A stretch of DNA of 64,000 bases from Callorhinchus milii (Eukaryota), in contig NW_024704759.1 of assembly GCF_018977255.1 (NCBI RefSeq), positions 7,688,001 through 7,752,000 on the forward strand, read 5' to 3'. The notes under the pieces were generated by a model that was not told the DNA's origin, did no database searches, and was given only the letters and a program-made list of their open reading frames with translations. Within the stretch, counting starts at the first letter, position 1, and each line of letters begins with the position of its first letter. This document shows positions 39,301 through 46,624 of this stretch, piece after piece. A program made the position numbers and the translations under genes.

Positions 39301-39873
39301 GACTGTTTGTGGGACATTGCTGTGCACAAATTGGCTGCCAAATGTGCCTTCAAAATAGAGTCTCCGCACTTTACAGTGAATCCTGTGAAGCACTTTGAGA
39401 AGTCTCGAAGACGTGATAAGATGTTGTACCAAATAATAATAATAATAATAATCCTTGCATTTGATATAGTGCTTTTCATGTCGGGAGGACGTCCCAAAGC
39501 GCTTCACAGAACACACTGTAAAGTGAATTGACTGTATATTTGTGGGCGAATGCGGCAGCCAATTGCGCACAGCAATGTCCCACAAACAGTCGTAGATTAA
39601 AAATGACCAATTTATTATTGTTTTTGGTTTTGGAGGGATTATTATTAGGCTCTGTGTGGAGTAAGGAAACTTGCCCAAGGTTTCGCCCTCTGCCTGGAAT
39701 TGAACTCAGGTCTCTCACTTGCAAAGCAAGTGCTCTAACCATTGAGCTACAGGACTCCACAAGGATTATTTTTGTATTCTTGTTTGTTATGTGTAGAATC
39801 AAACAGGTTTTATTTTATTTTGTTCTAGGATAATTCTGCTGATATTCCTTCAAATCACTCAACAGCAGTCTGA
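3141..39873 (+). CDS. KIAA1755: KIAA1755-like / quattro-like RhoGEF (PLEKHG4/ARHGEF40 family): N-terminal conserved domain, SEC14/CRAL-TRIO-like region, spectrin-like repeats, DH and PH domains; 22 coding exons in window, 5' partial
   Basis: Exons joined by hand with GT-AG boundaries and matching phases: 3141-3338, 12076-13432, 17915-18091, 19869-19992, 21781-21874, 22706-22792, 23243-23359, 25778-25876, 26754-26902, 27380-27518, 28977-29099, 30270-30461, 31175-32034, 32167-32419, 33032-33121, 33965-34189, 34576-34746, 35041-35218, 36937-37053, 37911-38168, 38349-38578, 39829-39873 (5283 nt, open frame). Family motifs [51 protein letters not shown]; DH motif [12 protein letters not shown]. 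The symbol rests on the LEGDYV/PEFV motifs and TGM2 adjacency. Confidence 0.88.
4986..5388 (+). mobile_element. Deu-domain SINE (SacSINE1/AmnSINE-related)
   Basis: tRNA-like head; Deu core ggatgagacgttaag...ttcaggtggatgttaaagatcccatggcactattcgaa...ctcctggtgtcctggcc; (TTA)n tail. Confidence 0.85.
7734..8050 (+). mobile_element. tRNA(Ala)-headed SINE with L2-type 3' tail, full length
   Basis: A box tagctcagtgg, TGC anticodon-like loop, B box ggttcaattcc, body ccttgggcaagtttccttactccac, (TTA)n tail. Confidence 0.9.
10393..10712 (-). mobile_element. Deu-domain SINE (decayed)
   Basis: (AAT)n tail, aatagtgccacgggatctttaagatcca core. Confidence 0.7.
12076..13432 (+). CDS. KIAA1755: RhoGEF gene exon 3 (large exon)
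   Basis: ctcag acceptor, 1357 nt inside the 468-aa ORF, donor gtaaat; [26 protein letters not shown]. Confidence 0.92.
14003..14340 (-). mobile_element. tRNA-headed SINE family, long-body variant, head truncated
   Basis: Same tail as the 7734 copy; central block (ctgtttacctagcagtaa) shared with 5862-6015. Confidence 0.8.
17915..18091 (+). CDS. KIAA1755: RhoGEF gene exon 4
   Basis: Strong pyrimidine tract plus tag, phase 1/1, ends [11 protein letters not shown] before gtaaat. Confidence 0.85.
19310..19608 (+). mobile_element. L2 LINE 3' fragment
   Basis: [15 protein letters not shown] motif, tail gagacgctgccctgtgtggagggtgctatataagtgcaagttgttg. Confidence 0.8.
19869..19992 (+). CDS. KIAA1755: RhoGEF gene exon 5 (SEC14-like start)
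   Basis: [13 protein letters not shown]...LYFHSVPR; ttttcag / gtgaga. Confidence 0.92.
20125..20665 (-). mobile_element. Deu-domain SINE interrupted by a MITE
   Basis: Reverse Deu core caaatagcaccatgggatctttaaca at about 20510-20540; head ggggcttgaacccacaa at about 20630. Confidence 0.75.
20203..20380. mobile_element. Tc1/mariner (pogo/Tigger-like) MITE
   Basis: Terminal inverted repeats cagtcaaacctgtcttcaacaaccac / gtggttgcttgagcaggttgactg, preceded by TA. Confidence 0.75.
21781..21874 (+). CDS. KIAA1755: RhoGEF gene exon 6
   Basis: [19 protein letters not shown]; cag / gtgaga. Confidence 0.92.
21952..22109. mobile_element. Palindromic MITE-like element of an abundant AT-rich family
   Basis: About 30-bp inverted ends gcatttctgaacgtcctgaatttggcaaa / tttgccaaattcttgatgctctgaaatgc. 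Confidence 0.6.
22706..22792 (+). CDS. KIAA1755: RhoGEF gene exon 7
   Basis: [17 protein letters not shown]; tgcag / gtaagt, 87 nt. Confidence 0.9.
23243..23359 (+). CDS. KIAA1755: RhoGEF gene exon 8
   Basis: [34 protein letters not shown]; cag / gtgagg. Confidence 0.93.
25265..25620 (-). mobile_element. Deu-domain SINE
   Basis: Reverse core ggccaggacactgggagaaactccatagtgccatgaga...cccacctgaatagg; head gcttgaacccacaacc. Confidence 0.75.
25778..25876 (+). CDS. KIAA1755: RhoGEF gene exon 9
   Basis: [16 protein letters not shown]...VQ; tttgcag / gtacag, 99 nt. Confidence 0.88.
26754..26902 (+). CDS. KIAA1755: RhoGEF gene exon 10
   Basis: [25 protein letters not shown]; cag / gtacga. Confidence 0.92.
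27085..27300 (+). mobile_element. CR1 LINE 3' end fragment
   Basis: [23 protein letters not shown]...GYGERAG, then gaatggcctccttctgtgctgt...tatgattctatg tail. Confidence 0.85.
27380..27518 (+). CDS. KIAA1755: RhoGEF gene exon 11
   Basis: [25 protein letters not shown]; phase 2/0. Confidence 0.9.
28977..29099 (+). CDS. KIAA1755: RhoGEF gene exon 12 (spectrin-like)
   Basis: [10 protein letters not shown]...; tgcag / gtaagt, 123 nt. Confidence 0.9.
30270..30461 (+). CDS. KIAA1755: RhoGEF gene exon 13
   Basis: [10 protein letters not shown]...[10 protein letters not shown]; tag / gtctgt, 192 nt. Confidence 0.87.
31175..32034 (+). CDS. KIAA1755: RhoGEF gene exon 14 (large exon preceding DH)
   Basis: ttcag acceptor in frame with the 269-aa ORF; donor tg|gtgaga, phase 2. 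Confidence 0.87.
32167..32419 (+). CDS. KIAA1755: RhoGEF gene exon 15 (DH start)
   Basis: [20 protein letters not shown]...[12 protein letters not shown]; aag acceptor / gtgagt. Confidence 0.92.
33032..33121 (+). CDS. KIAA1755: RhoGEF gene exon 16 (DH)
   Basis: [18 protein letters not shown]; tag / gtaaat. Confidence 0.93.
33965..34189 (+). CDS. KIAA1755: RhoGEF gene exon 17 (DH end)
   Basis: [21 protein letters not shown]...[12 protein letters not shown]; cag / gtaagt. Confidence 0.94.
34576..34746 (+). CDS. KIAA1755: RhoGEF gene exon 18 (PH)
   Basis: [15 protein letters not shown]...[14 protein letters not shown]; cag / gtacta. Confidence 0.94.
35041..35218 (+). CDS. KIAA1755: RhoGEF gene exon 19 (PH end)
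   Basis: [23 protein letters not shown]...[13 protein letters not shown]; tag / gtcagt. Confidence 0.93.
36000..36365 (+). repeat. Ancient SINE-like dispersed repeat (related copies at about 8190-8390, 9975-10075, 16455-16640, 44030-44165, and 15595-15835 on -)
   Basis: Shared degenerate 3' block ca(c)atgaagaatggccacttg...ggaactgt...ttcaggagagg-ggagaaaat across the copies. Confidence 0.55.
36937..37053 (+). CDS. KIAA1755: RhoGEF gene exon 20
   Basis: [32 protein letters not shown], a family-typical post-PH motif. Confidence 0.92.
37911..38168 (+). CDS. KIAA1755: RhoGEF gene exon 21 (Ser-rich)
   Basis: [11 protein letters not shown]...SLNMHLY; ttcag / gtaagt, phase 1/1. Confidence 0.88.
38349..38578 (+). 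CDS. KIAA1755: RhoGEF gene exon 22 (Ser-rich)
   Basis: The only AG that keeps the frame is tgcag at 38348; [21 protein letters not shown]; donor gtaaac. Confidence 0.72.
39432..39761 (-). mobile_element. tRNA(Ala)-headed SINE, full length, young copy
   Basis: Near-identical reverse complement of 45051-45370. Confidence 0.92.
39829..39873 (+). CDS. KIAA1755: RhoGEF gene terminal coding exon ([14 protein letters not shown])
   Basis: T-rich tract plus ctag acceptor, phase 0, TGA at 39871-39873. Confidence 0.7.
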   Translation, partial: DNSADIPSNHSTAV

Positions 39874-40274
39874 AGCATCTGGCGAACCACTTATTAGGTA
39901 TTTCTACTGAGAAACACAATACATGTCAATAAGAGGATTCTAACTGTTATGGTTTATTCATTGTCCTTATGGCTTAATGTGAGTCAGACTATCCATTAAC
40001 TCTTTGCAGTTACATCTGGCCAATTCAATCTCATCCTTTCCATAGCCAAGGTTTAAAATGCATTGTCAGCCTTTGATGTTTTGATTGCCTGCTTTCAGTT
40101 CCTCCAGTGATAATAATAATCCTTGCATTTGATATAGCGCCTTACCACGTCATTGAGATGTCTCAAGGCACTTCACAGGATACACTGTAAAGCGGATTGA
40201 CTGTGAATTCTGTGAGAGTGGAAGCTGGCAGAATGAAATAGAAAGGGCAATTGAAAGCTTTTTGAAATTGAAAC

Positions 40275-40462
40275 CTCCCTTGCCTCCTTCAAAACCCATC
40301 TCAAGACCTTCCTCTTCGACCGTGCTTTTGGATCACCCTCCTTCCCCACCTGCCCTCCCCAATCCCGACCGCCAGCTCGGGTCCGAACACTGACTGTCCA
40401 GCGCTTTGGGACGTCCTCCTGATGTGAAAGGCGCTATGCACATGTAATTTTGTTGTTGTTGT
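40275..40462 (+). mobile_element. L2 LINE 3' end fragment
   Basis: ttcaaaacccatctcaagaccttcctcttcgaccgtgc, then tail gggacgtcctcctgatgtgaaaggcgctat...ttgttg, matching the 54416-54620 copy. Confidence 0.8.
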
Positions 40463-42429
40463 TTTACTTATAGCAAATGTTAGAACAGTGAACACATTTT
40501 TTTTGAAAAAATAAGGAGAATGAGGAAGAAAAGAATATGAAAAAGCAATGATGGAGAGTTTACAGAAACATTTTATAAAATGATTTGTATCTTTGTTTTA
40601 ATATTTATATTAGTGATTGATATTTAGTGATTAATATCATAGTAATAGTTTTCCCAATAATTGAGCAGCTTTTTGGTAGTTTGCAGTATTAATTTTTTTT
40701 GGCATCACACCTTGCCTAAACTGAAATTACAGTGCAATACAAATACATTTATATAGCCTTTCATGTTGGAAGGATGTCTCAAAGTGCTTGAAACTGCTGG
40801 CTGGGCACTTGAGCTGGAAGTGGGAACCAAGGAGGGAGGGGAGGGGAAAGATGAATGAAAGTGTGGTCAATGAGCAGTGACCAATGAATGCAGTGAATTA
40901 AGATGTGTGTGATTTCCCCATGAATGTCCCAATGGACTATAGATACTAATGACAGCTGTAGTAACCCAAAGCTCTGTTAATCAGAGCTGTGGAAGAATTA
41001 ACCATTAGCCTAGCAGTGGCTCACTTTCATTAGTACTGCCAGATAGAAAATTAAATTACCATTGACAGACCGAGTTACAACAGATGGGAAAATCGCACCA
41101 TGGATCCAACCCAAAACACTGCCAATTCTCTATGACCTGGAGATGACGTTAGCTGCAGAATCTTGTGTCAATACATATTAACATGCCAGAGTCAATTGGG
41201 GAATACAAAACACTCTGGCAGGCTCCCAGAAACAGACAGACATTGCCTTATTATCATTCTACAGTCGCTCCCGTACTTTAATCATTTGTCTTGTAAACTA
41301 AGTGTCTGCTTTTGCCATTATAACCAAAGTTGATTGTCAACACTTTACATGGCACTACACTAGGAAAGTTCACTTCTATTAAAAGAGAGAGGATCACCGC
41401 ACAGACACAGTTGCCAGTCAATGCAATGCGCACTGATTCAATACCTGTATTTTAATATGTGTACTTGTTTCTTGACTAGGTCTGAAATCTGCCGAATAAC
41501 AAACTGAACCTTGTTGGGGAAGCCTTGCTGACAGAACTTAAACCTGCGCTGAGGCTTGAAATTTGATTTCAGTTAAAGCTGCAGCGAGTGAACAGATTTG
41601 CACTGGTTTGTTGTGCCACCTGAGCTTTTCTATGACAGATTGTCCTTTCAGTTTGGAAGAACAGATGCTCCTCTACAGCGGAATTCTAAAATGACTCATT
41701 AGTCTCAAAGAACCAGCTTGGCCCCACAGCTGGTGGCAACATAAGGCTCAGTGATGTTATGTCCCAAAGCCTGAACCCAAACCAAGGTCAAGGGAAGGAG
41801 AGGAACTTGCAATCAAGTCGCCATGGCTGCAAGGCTGAAACCATTTTGTAATTGTATCATTCAATGATTCCAAGGCTCGGGATCTGAAGCGTGGAAAAAA
41901 AGAGAAATGTAAATGAAAAGTAATGGTCACTGGATTGGGGAAAATCTGACTGTTGATACATAAACCTCCAAACTGGATTAATCAAAGAGCGGGGATGAAA
42001 TGTTTAATTGTCATCCAACTATGTAATCATAAACATGGATTAAAGCTGACCTAAATCTCAATTAATAGTGTGTTGCACTTTGTGCTACAGCGGGTCAATG
42101 TTCTCTTTAGGCTCTAATGGGCATAGACTGGTCTAATGTGCACCATGCGTAAATGCATGCAAATCCAGAGAAGGAATGACAATGCTTCTGCGCTCTGAGA
42201 TGCTACGCCACCTCAAGGGTGCAATGCAATTGCATGTTGTTGTTATTGTTGACAGGCACCTTTAATATATAATTAACAAGTAATGACAGGATTAGTTGTT
42301 AATCACATTATTACGGGAAATTTCCTCTGTACACGTTTGCACAAGGCAGATAGTACACACTTGTTTACACATGACATACATTACATCCCAATGTATTGTA
42401 TGATACAAAATCTCAATAGCAAATGCTAT

Positions 42430-42730
42430 ACGTCAGCTTGGCTCAGTTAGTCACACTCTCACCTCTGAGTCAGAAGCTTAGGGTTCAAGCCCCAGCTTAA
42501 TGTCTCGTCCTTCGGCTGAGACATTAAACTTAGATCCTACCTACCTGTTTAGGTAGACGTTAAAGATGTTTGAAAAGAGAAGGGCATTTCTTCCAATGTC
42601 TTTGCAAACAGTCTACCATGATATAACATCTGGTCATTCCTTCATGGCTCTTTGCCATGTGCAGATTGGTTGCCATACTGGCTGTCAGATGTTTTGACAG
42701 GAAGATTTTATATCAGTTGCAAGCTTATTG
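42430..42730 (+). mobile_element. Deu-domain SINE (decayed, internally deleted)
   Basis: Head ggctcagttagtcacactctcacctctgagtcagaag...ggttcaagccc; core aggtagacgttaaagat. Confidence 0.7.
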
Positions 42731-43113
42731 ATTATTTTCTTAAATGTCAGTTACGATATTCGCCCTCACTTGAATTCCTTAATTTTTATGAACTTTAAAC
42801 GGCCGCTAGTCTTTTTGATGCCAGTGAAAGGTGTCCCATTTTGTAATTTTATCATTCACTTCTAGGCAAAGTAAACTTTTCTAATTTCACTTAATCCTCC
42901 ATCAAGCTATCTGGAAATGTCTGCCAAATATGTCTTTATCCTCAACTCTGATATAATGTAAAATGTTTAGGTAATGGCTGTTTTTTCTAATGGTTCTGTT
43001 GTTTTTTTATGTAAATTGGAATCAATGTGTTTATAAGTGTTGAATTTCTGGAGTTACTGAGTAATTTCCATTTTATGTGAACTGTAACTGTGTTGCTATG
43101 CAACTGAAAATGT

Positions 43114-43119
43114 ATTAAA
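43114..43119 (+). terminator. Candidate polyadenylation signal (ATTAAA) of the RhoGEF gene
   Basis: ATTAAA after a U/GU-rich stretch (42960-43110); an alternative AATAAA lies at 43708. No transcript evidence. Confidence 0.3.
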
Positions 43120-44924
43120 GGTTTCATTTGAACCATTTAGTATCAGAAGCTGTATCCCGATCACATCGCTCGCCTAAAATGAGTTGCTCGGTTACAAGCT
43201 AACCTGCAGACGGTAAATATTAGCAGTCTTCATTGAGATTAATGTCGCTGAACTGGAAAACGGTCCCAAGGCTGTCTGATTCCTCCAGTAGGTTTAATGA
43301 AAATGCACTTGAGTCAAATCGAGTTTGCCAAATAATGATACCGAGTGAACGCCTCAGAAATGCAGCAATGTGAGTAACGTTGTCCATGGAACAGTCTTTG
43401 CTGATCTGGCATATCACAGTAGCCCTGCACACCACTGTACTGGTGGATACAAAATGCATCAATAGAAATAATAATTCTTACATTTGATATAGCACCTTAT
43501 CACAGTGTTGAGGCATCTCAAAGCACTTCACAGAATATATTGTAAAGTGTAGTGATTGTTTTGTGGGCGAAATGTGGCAACCAATTACACAAAGCAGTAT
43601 CCCACAAACGGTCGTTTTAAATATTTAAATGTTGTAATATTTAAGTTATTACAAATAATAATAATCTTGCACTAGCAACAGACCATAATGGAGCCACATT
43701 GTTTTCCAATAAAGTCACTTTAGCTATTAAATGTAAATAGTATTTATCATGTTAGATGCAGTAATATACTTGATATGTTATAGACCAAGGTTCCTGACCA
43801 ACAATCCCCAGATAAAACTGGTCATTTACTTCATGGTTGTTTGTAGGACATTGATATGTGCAAATTGGTTGCAGAGTCCACTTATAAATGCACAATCAAT
43901 ACACTTTACAGTAAATTCTGGGAATCGCTTTGACACATCCTCTTGCCGTGAAAGGTGCGATAACAAATGCAGGAATGTTCTATATATTTTTCAAGCTCAG
44001 CTAAGTTTTCCCCAACTCCTCTACCCCGCCTCAATTGGCAACACTCACTGTCAAAGCTAACAGATGAATAATGACCACTTGGGTGTGCTAGACGAACAGT
44101 GATCAGCACCCATGGAACTGTGGCCCAATAGAAGGAGTTAAACTCTTTCGGGAGGGGGCGAATTATAGTAAAAAACAGATTGGAACATGCATTCATTGCT
44201 CCAAATGGGTTGAGCTGTGTCAGTGTGATAATTGGACTAAATTATAGATGGGTTCTTATTTAAATGGAAATCGCATAATAAATGACAATAATTACATTGA
44301 GCGGAATTCGCCCTCTCTTGCGGGGAGAGGGTCAACTGAAGCAATTAATGGCACGATTAACATTGTTTCACTAACGATCAAAGGATTTGTAATGAATTCT
44401 TTAGGAAGAAACATTTTCTCCCTTGTCTTGGGTTTATGTTTCCCACTTCACATTTTCAGACATTTGCTGTTGAGAAGTGTGTCTATGTGTGTGTGTATGT
44501 GTGTGTGTGGTGAGGTTGTGGGGGAGGTTCTATCTCCCAAAATAATAGACGTGACAGAATTTTTCTACCCCTTTTCAGTCTCTTACATAATCTACATTCA
44601 TCAGAGGGATTGGAGATTTATTTCACTGCTCTTTTATTGAAGACTGCATGATACATCGTAATCTGAGCTGTGGGACAGAGATGCATTCTCAATAATGCTG
44701 ACACGCCCCAACCGCTAAATTATAGTGATCCGCACAAGCAAATTCCCAGCAATGTCTAATGCTAACAATAATTAATGGTTCTGATTAAATGTAATTATGA
44801 ATTCCAATGGTGTTTTAGTGAAGCTGATGGTCTATGAAGTGCTGGTCAATACATTAATGTTGATGTATCGCTCTGTATTCTGAAAGATCAGAGGCGTACG
44901 GATGCCTTTTAGCATAGAATTACT

Positions 44925-45480
44925 GAGCCTGGCTCACTGGGTAGCACTCTTGTCTATGAGTCAGAGGCTATGGGTTCAAGACCCATGTTGGGACTTTGAA
45001 CTCACATCATAATAATAGTAATAATAACTCATACATTGTACATAACTCATTGTGGAGTCCTGTAACTCAGTGGTTAGAGCACTCGCTTTGCAAGCGAGAG
45101 ACCTGAGTTCAATTCCAGGCAGAGGGCGAAACCTTGAGCAAGTTTCCTTACTCCACACAGAGCCTAATAATAATCCCTCCAAAACCCAAAACAATAATAA
45201 ATTGGTCATTTTCAATCTACGACTGTTTGTGGGACATTGCTGTGCGCAATTGGCTGCCGCGTTCGCCCACAAATATACAGTCAATTCACTTTACAGTGTG
45301 TTCTGTGAAGCGCTTTGAGACGTCCTCCCGACGTGAAAAGCGCTATATCAAATGCAAGGATTATTATTATACAGGCTGACATTCCAGAGCAGGGCTGGGG
45401 GAATGCTGCATTCTTGGAGGTGCCGTTCTTCAAATGAGATGTTCAACTTAAAGTCCACCTGCCTGCTCAAGCGGACTTTT
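44925..45480 (+). mobile_element. Deu-domain SINE split by the 45051-45370 SINE
   Basis: Head at 44925-45007; body resumes at 45371 (aggctgacattccag...ggaggtgccg...atgagatgtt). Confidence 0.75.
45051..45370 (+). mobile_element. tRNA(Ala)-headed SINE, full length, young copy
   Basis: Pol III A/B boxes, same body as the 7734 copy, (TTA)n tail. Confidence 0.92.
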
Positions 45481-46251
45481 AAGACATTTTCCAATGGAAT
45501 GGAATGTGAACTGTCTCCCTAGAGGACGCATCCTACCTTACCTAATTCTGGGCAGGCCTCTGAGTATGCTTTGGAGTATGGCAGGAGTTTAATCAACTAA
45601 AACTGCATAGTTTGCCAGAATCTTTTCAATCTATTCCCCTGTTTTTTCTCTGTGTCCCTTAATGCCCTGTCTACCTCTCCTCCCTAAAGGTAACACTCTG
45701 AGACGCCATCCGGCGTGGAGGGTGCTATATAAATCCAAGTTGTTGCTGTTGTTGTTGATATCTGAATTGTTACCCTTCTAAGCACCCCCAATTGATTCTG
45801 CACATGGTACACAAAGAGTTAATATCAGTGGATGATAGAAACTCGCAGATATCTGAATTATTAAAATCAAGTTAATGGTGAAGCAAGTGAACCTACCGAG
45901 GAATTAATGCATTCAGGGCGAGGGAGGTTCCAATGCATCAGTAAGATGCATAGACAGGAATGTCTGCCAGATGGCAGTAAAGTACAAGCTCTAACACAAA
46001 CCCTGAGAACAGCACATTGTCACATTGTCAGAAGGCAAGAGCTCTCTCAAACATACGTGTATGTTATAAACTGCGAAAGATGTGAGCCATGCTCCAGCAA
46101 TTGATAAGTTTTGTATCAAACACTCGATTCACTTTTCTCATTCACTAAATAGGGACAATAGTTGGATATGTTTAGTACGTTTTTCTTATAAATACCAGCC
46201 GCACACTTGCAAAAAATGAAGGTTACCAGATACTACCCTTCCAAGGTTAGA

Positions 46252-46624
46252 TCATAAGACGTAGGAGCAGGAGTAGGCCATTTGGCCCCTCGAACCTGAC
46301 CCGCCATTTAATAAGATCATGGCTGATCTTCTAACCTAATTCCATTTACCTGCCCTATTCCCATATCCCTTAATCCCTCTATCCTTTAGAAATCTATCAA
46401 CCTCAGTCTTGAATATGTTCAAGGACTGAGCATCTACAGCCTTCTGGGGTAGAGAATTCAACAAATTCACTACCCCCTGAGTGAAGAAATGTTTCCTCAA
46501 CTCAGTTCGAAAAGACTGACCCTTAATCTTGAGACTATGACCACTAGTTTTAGATTCTCCAACCAGGGGAAACAGTCTCACAGCATCTACCCTGTCAAGA
46601 CTCTTAAGAATCTTATAGGTTTCT
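46252..46624 (-). mobile_element. CR1-clade LINE, 3' terminal fragment (copy A)
   Basis: ETYKILKSLDRVDAVRLFP...FFTQGVVNLLNSLPQKAVDA..., then the 3' UTR atggcctactcctgctcct. Confidence 0.9.

Noticed and set aside
39292-39833. Repeated 98-128 aa ORFs with near-identical translations at 7.7, 39.5 and 45.1 kb
   Set aside because: Chance reading frames of SINE copies, not a gene family.
44248-44640. 130-aa intergenic ORF
   Set aside because: No recognisable domain, and it runs through a TG microsatellite; more likely non-coding.
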